IMG/VR virus record: IMGVR_UViG_3300042261_002385
Span: 372,266 to 436,265 of that record
Direction: 5' to 3' (one strand)
DNA length: 64,000 nucleotides
Shown here: positions 57,902-64,000 of the stretch, in pieces
How the letters are laid out: each line of letters opens with the position of its first letter
Position numbering within the stretch: the first letter of the stretch is position 1
Made by a program: the position numbers and the translations under genes
Notes under the pieces: generated by a model
The model's input: only the letters and a program-made list of their open reading frames with translations
Databases searched by the model: none
What the model was told of the DNA's origin: nothing

Positions 57902-58159
57902 TTACCAATTTTTTTGAGTCTTAGTTCCATTTATCAGCTGTTCTATTTTATAGTCTCTTTTATTTATTATTTTTTCATTTAATACATTTTCTAAAACTAA
58001 TTCTAGGTCAGCTGCAAGTGAGTCTATTTTTATTGTGAAGATTTCACCATCAAATGTATCTTTTAAGGTATATGATGGTAGAAATGTGGTTGAGTGGTAA
58101 GATATAGGTAGATGATTTTGGAATCTACCACTAAATTTTTTAAGTAATTTATCAATCAT
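57902..58159 (-). CDS. Hypothetical protein with near-terminal tag (RDYKIEQLING)
   Basis: ORF; tag. Confidence 0.65.
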   Translation of the reverse strand: MIDKLLKKFSGRFQNHLPISYHSTTFLPSYTLKDTFDGEIFTIKIDSLAADLELVLENVLNEKIINKRDYKIEQLINGTKTQKNW

Positions 58160-58170
58160 TTAATCTGATA

Positions 58171-58389
58171 TTAATTAAGTAGTTTATTTAATAGTTGTTC
58201 TCTATGAGATCTAAGATTTCTCCTATAAGAGTCTAAAATTATTACTTCAATTTCTTTTTCTGTGATGAGAAAACCATGATGCATATCTTGTATTATTTCA
58301 GGTGACAGGTCAAGTTTTACTCCTTTGTAATATGCTTGAGTAAGACCATCTGGTTCTTTAATCCATTTTATCTCGTCTTTCTCTATCAT
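58171..58389 (-). CDS. Hypothetical protein with C-terminal tag (REQLLNKLLN)
   Basis: ORF; tag. Confidence 0.65.
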   Translation of the reverse strand: MIEKDEIKWIKEPDGLTQAYYKGVKLDLSPEIIQDMHHGFLITEKEIEVIILDSYRRNLRSHREQLLNKLLN

Positions 58390-58582
58390 TTAGTATTTGT
58401 TCTAATTGTTTATCTCTTATTTGATCTAATTCTTTTTTATAGTAGAACATAATAATAGATTCTGCTTTCATATCTGTTTGAATGACATAGTCTTGAACAT
58501 TTTGACGAGTGACTTTAAGTTTTATATCGTCATAGAAAACTTCTTCGCCTTTAAATATTAGGAGTTCTTTGTTAAATTTCAT
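58358..58582 (-). CDS. Hypothetical protein with near-terminal tag (RDKQLEQILND)
   Basis: ORF; tag. Confidence 0.65.
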   Translation of the reverse strand: MKFNKELLIFKGEEVFYDDIKLKVTRQNVQDYVIQTDMKAESIIMFYYKKELDQIRDKQLEQILNDRERRDKMD

Positions 58583-58991
58583 ACTTTTTATATATTTTGC
58601 TCATTTTTTGTTGTTAAATTTTGTTTCTAAATTTTAACATAATCATATAAAACCGTTGATAATAAAGGGTTTCATAAAAAATAGCTATTTTTGAATTATA
58701 TATACAAAATGATTAGAAGGATTATATCGTGGTATAAAATCTGGATATTAAAAAGAGAAATAAAGTCAATTCAAGTAGAAATTGATGAGTATTATCTTAC
58801 GCTATTAGCCCGTAATGATGAATTTCATAAGGTCATAGACATAGACAAACACTTTCAGAGAGTTGTTAAACTAAGAGACGTTGAAAGACGTGAGTTAGAA
58901 AGACAGATTGAATCTCTTAAAAGGTAGTTAAAACTTCTCTTTTTAATTAAGTAATCAATTTCACTTAAATTGTTTACCCTAAATTTGTGCC

Positions 58992-60641
58992 TTAAATTTT
59001 AGTTACGAGATTTTCTACAATTTGGAGACCTCTTATTATTTTTGAATAATAATCATTTACTCTCCAATTTCTCAAATATTGACAAGCTCTTTCACCAGTA
59101 TCTTGACCTAAATAATCTATGAAATTTGATAAATTATCTAAACCGTAAGTGCTATTAGAAAAGAAGTTTGATAGACTTATCATTTTTTGACGAGCTATTT
59201 CTAAATCTTCTATGGTATTAAATTCACCAGACATTAGTCTTGTATAGAACTTTTGACTTATTCTTTCTAAACTTTCAACAATTGGTAAATATTTGTTTTC
59301 AGTTTCTTCACTGTCGGATTTTAGAATTTTTTTAACAGTTTCTAAATTTTTAGTGATTCTAGTAGTTCTTTCAGCTGCTCTTTTGTAAAGGTCTTTGATT
59401 CTATTATTAATTTGATTAATGCAGTATTCTTTATTACTTTCGTCTTCAGTAGACATCATATCATAATAAAGTTCTGATATTGATCCAAAATAGTTTTGAT
59501 ATCTTGAAGCTGATTCTAAGACAAACATTGACCATCTACCACCAACTCCTCTAGATACTAAATTTTTGATATTAGACACATCGCCTATGATGTCAGCTTT
59601 AAGTGCAATTTGAGTAAGATATCTTTCAATATTTTGTTTTCTAACATCATCATCACTAACTACTAATCTGCTGCCAGATTTAAGTTCTTCTCTTTCATCT
59701 TTTATTTCACTTCTACGTTGATACTCACCCGACTTTAATTTATTTAAGTCTAACACTAAGGCAAAATGAGCATCTTTTATAGTAGATTCTACATTTGTTC
59801 CAGTATATGATTTAAAGTATTGGTTTAGTCCAACATTCCACTCGTAAGGATCTACGGCATCTTTATCATCATCATCATCACCTTCTTCTTTTTCTTTAAG
59901 AACACAAATTCTGTTAAAATCTCCACCAGATACATTCCAAGAGTATCTTCCATAACTTCTCCAAGCACTACCATTTGGTGATCCACCGTCGAACCTGTCT
60001 TGAATACAGAATACTTCTCCACCACTTTGAAAAATCGTTGCAATTACATCTGGATCTCTATCATGTGCTGCAATTGTAACTTTTGTCAAGTGTGGTAGAC
60101 TACGGAGAGTTCTTACTCCATTTGAATCAGGTAACAGGGTAGATACTACTTTATATTTTTGCAAAGATTTTGATTTAGATGCTACGCTTCTAAGAACTCC
60201 ATCAACTCCAGTTTGTGTGATGAATTTACCATCTGATGAAAACCAGAATTTAATTATTTTTACCTCTGGTTGTTGTGGTTCTTTTCCAGATCCATCACAA
60301 TGGGGACAATCAACGATTCTAGTTCTTTGACCCCACATACGTGCTAATTTACCTGATTTACAAACCTCACCTTCAACACCGTGTTGTCTGAATGCGGTTT
60401 TAGAAGTCATTTTACAAGGTTCATCTTTAGGTTCAAATTTAACATTTAGTGCCTTTTTGAAAGGTAAGTATTCAAACATATCATCTGAAAACTGAGATAG
60501 TGGAAAATCGTAACTGCGAGCTAATTTTTCGAGTGTATTAATGAATCTTTGTTTAGATTCAGAATTTATATATCCTAAAATTTTAGTTAATTTAACTGAT
60601 TCAAATGCTTCGAAAAGTTTGAGATATTTTAATTGTCTCAT
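58992..60641 (-). CDS. Large N-tagged hypothetical protein
   Basis: MRQLKYLKLFEAFE; CPHCDGSG Zn motif; helical C-half. Confidence 0.75.
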   Translation of the reverse strand: MRQLKYLKLFEAFESVKLTKILGYINSESKQRFINTLEKLARSYDFPLSQFSDDMFEYLPFKKALNVKFEPKDEPCKMTSKTAFRQHGVEGEVCKSGKLARMWGQRTRIVDCPHCDGSGKEPQQPEVKIIKFWFSSDGKFITQTGVDGVLRSVASKSKSLQKYKVVSTLLPDSNGVRTLRSLPHLTKVTIAAHDRDPDVIATIFQSGGEVFCIQDRFDGGSPNGSAWRSYGRYSWNVSGGDFNRICVLKEKEEGDDDDDKDAVDPYEWNVGLNQYFKSYTGTNVESTIKDAHFALVLDLNKLKSGEYQRRSEIKDEREELKSGSRLVVSDDDVRKQNIERYLTQIALKADIIGDVSNIKNLVSRGVGGRWSMFVLESASRYQNYFGSISELYYDMMSTEDESNKEYCINQINNRIKDLYKRAAERTTRITKNLETVKKILKSDSEETENKYLPIVESLERISQKFYTRLMSGEFNTIEDLEIARQKMISLSNFFSNSTYGLDNLSNFIDYLGQDTGERACQYLRNWRVNDYYSKIIRGLQIVENLVTKI

Positions 60642-62302
60642 ATTTGTGGACCTACGATTTCTACTTTTATTCCGCTTCTTCTTAGTTCGGATACATATTC
60701 TTTAGTTTGCTTGTCAACTATAAGGTCACCAGAAATTACTAATTTTTTTACTTTTAAGTTACTGAAACCTTCTTTCATATCAGCTAATGTATCTAATGTA
60801 TAAAGTATTTGTAATTCTTCCAATTCAGTGAATATAGAAAGATCAATATCTCCTGTCATATCACAACTTAATATCTGAAGTTTCTTAATATTTGGATTTA
60901 CTGAAACAATTTCTTCGAATATCTTAGAGTCAAATTTACATTTATCAAATGCGATAGAGTCTGTTTTTACGTTGCTAAATCCTGACAATGTTTTTATTTT
61001 CAATGATTTGAATTTAATCCATTCTAAGTCAAGTGGAATTTGAGTCAAATTCTCTGGAATATCTGTAGTCTCAATTACTAGTTGTTTGATTTTTGCTTTT
61101 GGTGATATTTTTATCTTACTCCAGTCATAAACTGCACTTAAGTAAAGTGATTTAGTATTTTTTCCAATAAACTGAGCTTGGTCAAGTCTCATTCTATCCA
61201 TATAAGGAGCTCTAATTGAATCTTCAGGATCAATATCCGGTGTGAATAAATATCTAGAAGAACTTGGGCTTGTGTTTTCAACGTTGCTTGAATATTTTGT
61301 TACAAGCTCGTCAAATATATCTTTCATCCTATCTGGATAAGCTCTGTCAAAGTAAATCTTTGCTTCACTTTGGTCATCAAATGATTCGATATTTCTAATC
61401 ATCATTCTTGAAAGTGGTAGTTTATCTGATATTTTTTCATCATTCCAGAAAATCGGAGTATCAAATACAAAGAAAGCTGGAATTGAATTCGGATCGAAAA
61501 CGTTTCCTAATAGTTGTTCTCTGTAGCCACCTGTGTATAAATGTTGACAAGAACTATAGAATTTTGAAATAGACATGTTCAAAATATCACTCGGATTGTG
61601 GTCAATCTGAAGATATATATCTCTTCCAAAGATTGCATATTCATATCTGTAGTCACTGTTGTGATTTTCTTTAGCTAAATTTCTTAATTGACTAATATCT
61701 CTTGATGAGAAAATAGTTGTAGAGACTCTATCATCTGGATAACATCTATTGTAGTCATCAACAAAGCTATTGATATTAATTAAGTTCGTTGAGAAAACAG
61801 GATCACCTGCATTCTTTTTAACACGAATCATATTTCCTTCTTCATCTCTAATTGGTCTACCATTCTCATCTTTTTGAATTCTTTCTGAAGCTTGAGTTTC
61901 TCTAATTTCTAATTTTCTAAATACCGGCTCATAGATAAAAACTATTTGATCTACAGTTGGTGCTTGGATATTAAAATTATCCATAACCATTTTACTAGCA
62001 TCGGTTAGAAGCTCTAAATTTATAGACTCTTGAAGAACATGATTGAATTTATCTGGAATACTTGTAAATGAATTCATAATATTTTCCATATTACAATCAA
62101 AAAAATAAGATAAAACTTTAAGTTTATCTTCTTCTTCAAGTTTCCATCTACCTTGTTTAATCTTATCGGTCGGATCTACTTCTTCATAATCTAAGTATTT
62201 CTCACCCCATTGTTGAGCAACAGCTTTTGCTTGTTTTGGTAAGATAATATCTTTGATTCTGGCTTCGTTTAACCATTGTTCTCTAGTTTTAATCCACTTC
62301 AT
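60638..62302 (-). CDS. Large N-tagged protein with LRR-like C-terminus
   Basis: MKWIKTREQWLNE; MS....SSCQ motif; L..L.I repeats at C-terminus. Confidence 0.7.
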   Translation of the reverse strand: MKWIKTREQWLNEARIKDIILPKQAKAVAQQWGEKYLDYEEVDPTDKIKQGRWKLEEEDKLKVLSYFFDCNMENIMNSFTSIPDKFNHVLQESINLELLTDASKMVMDNFNIQAPTVDQIVFIYEPVFRKLEIRETQASERIQKDENGRPIRDEEGNMIRVKKNAGDPVFSTNLININSFVDDYNRCYPDDRVSTTIFSSRDISQLRNLAKENHNSDYRYEYAIFGRDIYLQIDHNPSDILNMSISKFYSSCQHLYTGGYREQLLGNVFDPNSIPAFFVFDTPIFWNDEKISDKLPLSRMMIRNIESFDDQSEAKIYFDRAYPDRMKDIFDELVTKYSSNVENTSPSSSRYLFTPDIDPEDSIRAPYMDRMRLDQAQFIGKNTKSLYLSAVYDWSKIKISPKAKIKQLVIETTDIPENLTQIPLDLEWIKFKSLKIKTLSGFSNVKTDSIAFDKCKFDSKIFEEIVSVNPNIKKLQILSCDMTGDIDLSIFTELEELQILYTLDTLADMKEGFSNLKVKKLVISGDLIVDKQTKEYVSELRRSGIKVEIVGPQI

Positions 62303-62377
62303 AAACTATATATTAAAATATTTTGTTTATTTTTTGATTTAGATAAAAACTTTAGTATCTTTGTCTATAACATAAAT

Positions 62378-63004
62378 ATGAAAACATCTTTTAAACTCTT
62401 TAACTTTTTAGGAGCACCAGTTGAAATTAGTGTCTGGTTTTTCTTAATTTTTCTTTTTTTGAATGTCAAAATAGTCTTAGCTCTTTTTATTTCTATATTA
62501 GTTCACGAAATGGCTCATGCGCTAGTTGCTCATAGACTCGGCTGGGGATTCTATGGAATAAAACTAGACCTGTTTTTCGGAACTGCAAACGTAGATATGT
62601 CTATGCCTGAAAGAGATTCAATACGTGTCGTTGCTGCTGGCCCGCTAAGTAATTTGCTACTTGCTGGTGTGACTTTGTTAGGATATTCACTCGCTGTAAA
62701 TTCAAACTTAGGTGTGAATCCACAAGTAGGTTCATTTCTGAATAGTCTTTTTACTATAAATATGATTTTATTTATTTTCAACTTACTTCCTATTTTTCCG
62801 ATGGATGGTGGTAGATTGGTTAGAGATATTTTACTTACTAGACTACGAAGTAGACTAAAAGCTCGTAGAATATCAGCAACAATATCATTGATAGCGTCAG
62901 CACTTCTTTTACTATATTCTGTTTCAATAAGTGCTATTTTCTTAATATTCTTTTCGGCTTTCTTTATATGGATTGCTTATAAGGATCTTCAAGAACTTAA
63001 ATAA
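62378..63004 (+). CDS. Site-2 protease (peptidase M50)
   Basis: HEMAH, AAGPLSN, NLLPIFPMDGG; start after TTTG-N19-TATCTTTG at 62333-62363. Confidence 0.9.
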   Translation: MKTSFKLFNFLGAPVEISVWFFLIFLFLNVKIVLALFISILVHEMAHALVAHRLGWGFYGIKLDLFFGTANVDMSMPERDSIRVVAAGPLSNLLLAGVTLLGYSLAVNSNLGVNPQVGSFLNSLFTINMILFIFNLLPIFPMDGGRLVRDILLTRLRSRLKARRISATISLIASALLLLYSVSISAIFLIFFSAFFIWIAYKDLQELK

Positions 63005-63270
63005 TCAAATAAATATATAGTTTATGATACTAAAAGACTGGCAAGTAATTGCTGAATCTGATGAATGTGTATTAGTTACTATTGATGAATCTGTCGATAT
63101 CAATGGTTTGGAACTAACATTAATTAGTGATACTAGAACTCCAATTTTAAAGTTAAAGGTAACTTGTAGAGAGATACACATTTGTTCACATACTGAGAAG
63201 CCAATGTTTGCTCAATTAGGAAACTCTGTCAAATACGTAAAGGGTTCTGGAAAATCTATGTATACAGAAA

Positions 63271-63459
63271 ATGTGTGATTGGAAACGACTTCGTGTTGAT
63301 GAATTAATAGAAGGAGTTGATTTCTATTGGGAAGAAAAAGAAGGTATTAGACTTAGAGTTTTTACTGAATCTTATTTACAGATGATTAGACCAAAGTGTT
63401 GTGAATCAGGTTGTCGACACTGTCCGTGGAATTTTAAAAAAGAGAATAATGTCAAATAA
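63271..63459 (+). CDS. Small Cys-rich protein (DUF5522-like)
   Basis: VFTE.YL..R..CC.SGCRHCPW. Confidence 0.7.
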   Translation: MCDWKRLRVDELIEGVDFYWEEKEGIRLRVFTESYLQMIRPKCCESGCRHCPWNFKKENNVK

Positions 63460-63688
63460 ATTTTACTGCCCTGGTTGTGGTTATGTTTGTGCTTTAGTTA
63501 CAGATTTAAATGATATATACGTTGCTAAAATTAACAAAAGAATATGGGTTGATTTTACGAATTATCAATGTGATAAATGTTTTGATTCATTTACTACTAC
63601 AGAATTAGATGAATTGAATTTGTTTGAAATTAATAAAGCAATTCGACGGTCTGAAAGAAAAACTAAAATAAAAACGTTATTAAAGTAA
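63401..63688 (+). CDS. Zn-ribbon protein with C-terminal tag (RKTKIKTLLK)
   Basis: CPGCG...CDKC; true start probably 63449. Confidence 0.6.
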   Translation: MNQVVDTVRGILKKRIMSNKFYCPGCGYVCALVTDLNDIYVAKINKRIWVDFTNYQCDKCFDSFTTTELDELNLFEINKAIRRSERKTKIKTLLK

Positions 63689-63720
63689 AAAAAACCCTCT
63701 GATTTCTCAGAGGGTTTTTT
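63688..63720. terminator. Bidirectional intrinsic terminator
   Basis: aaaaccctctga...tcagagggtttt. Confidence 0.85.
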
Positions 63721-63727
63721 GTGTAAA

Positions 63728-64000
63728 TTAATTTACACTTTTAGACAGTTCAGAACCTGGCTTAAATTTTGCCACTCTCTTCGCTGGAATCTCAAGAGTT
63801 TCACCTGTCTTAGGATTTCGTCCTTTACGTGCGTCTCTTTGAGTTGTAGCGAAAGTGCCAAAACCTACAAGTGTTACCTTATCTCCACCTTTAAGTGCTT
63901 CTGTGATAGTAGATACTAATGTATCAATCACTTCGTTACTTTTAGTTTTAGTAAGACCGGTTTTTTCTGCTAAAGAATTTACTAAATCTGCTTTATTCAT
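63728..64000 (-). CDS. hup: DNA-binding protein HU
   Basis: MNKADLV...GDKVTLVGFGTF....R.AR.GRNPKTGE...IPA....KFKPG. Confidence 0.96.
   Translation of the reverse strand: MNKADLVNSLAEKTGLTKTKSNEVIDTLVSTITEALKGGDKVTLVGFGTFATTQRDARKGRNPKTGETLEIPAKRVAKFKPGSELSKSVN

Noticed and set aside
1434-63688. C-terminal tag as a DNA repeat or recombination site
   Set aside because: Underlying nucleotides vary at synonymous positions; conservation is at amino-acid level
1-64000. Alternative genetic code (stop reassignment as in some large phages)
   Set aside because: Recognisable genes are full length under code 11, and TAA, TAG and TGA all occur as stops, mostly followed directly by new starts or terminators
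1-64000. Bacterial chromosome segment
   Set aside because: Host-like genes are isolated among many tiny ORFans with phage lysis and tail genes and a non-host promoter motif; no housekeeping operons. Cannot be fully excluded without flanks

Overview
AT-rich, very gene-dense 64-kb segment best read as part of a large lytic dsDNA phage of a Bacteroidota (probably Flavobacteriales-like) host; this is inferred, since no capsid, terminase or polymerase gene lies in the window. Support: GH19 endolysin, holin-like peptide, tail-collar and LamG proteins, a free-standing GIY-YIG endonuclease, over 100 small hypothetical ORFs, many Bacteroidota TAnnTTTG promoters, and host-like genes (clpP, murI, terC, rpoD-type sigma, HU, ABC exporter, site-2 protease, T9SS cargo). 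No tRNA, rRNA, CRISPR or integrase seen. The main unexplained signal is two mutually exclusive terminal peptide tags on otherwise unrelated proteins: an N-terminal MK[HY][LI]KxFE tag on about 27 ORFs (mostly behind a TAATATATA putative late promoter; resembles the T4 capsid-targeting sequence) and a C-terminal R-[DE]-x-K-[LI]-x-x-[LI]-(G-I) tag on about 31 ORFs (mostly in host-promoter operons; no function known to me). Also noted: a candidate kissing-loop ncRNA (44469-44633), an acyl-carrier-protein homologue lacking its Ser, and a sharp strand-composition switch with repeats near 50.2 kb (candidate origin). All family calls are from motif recognition by eye; no searches were run.
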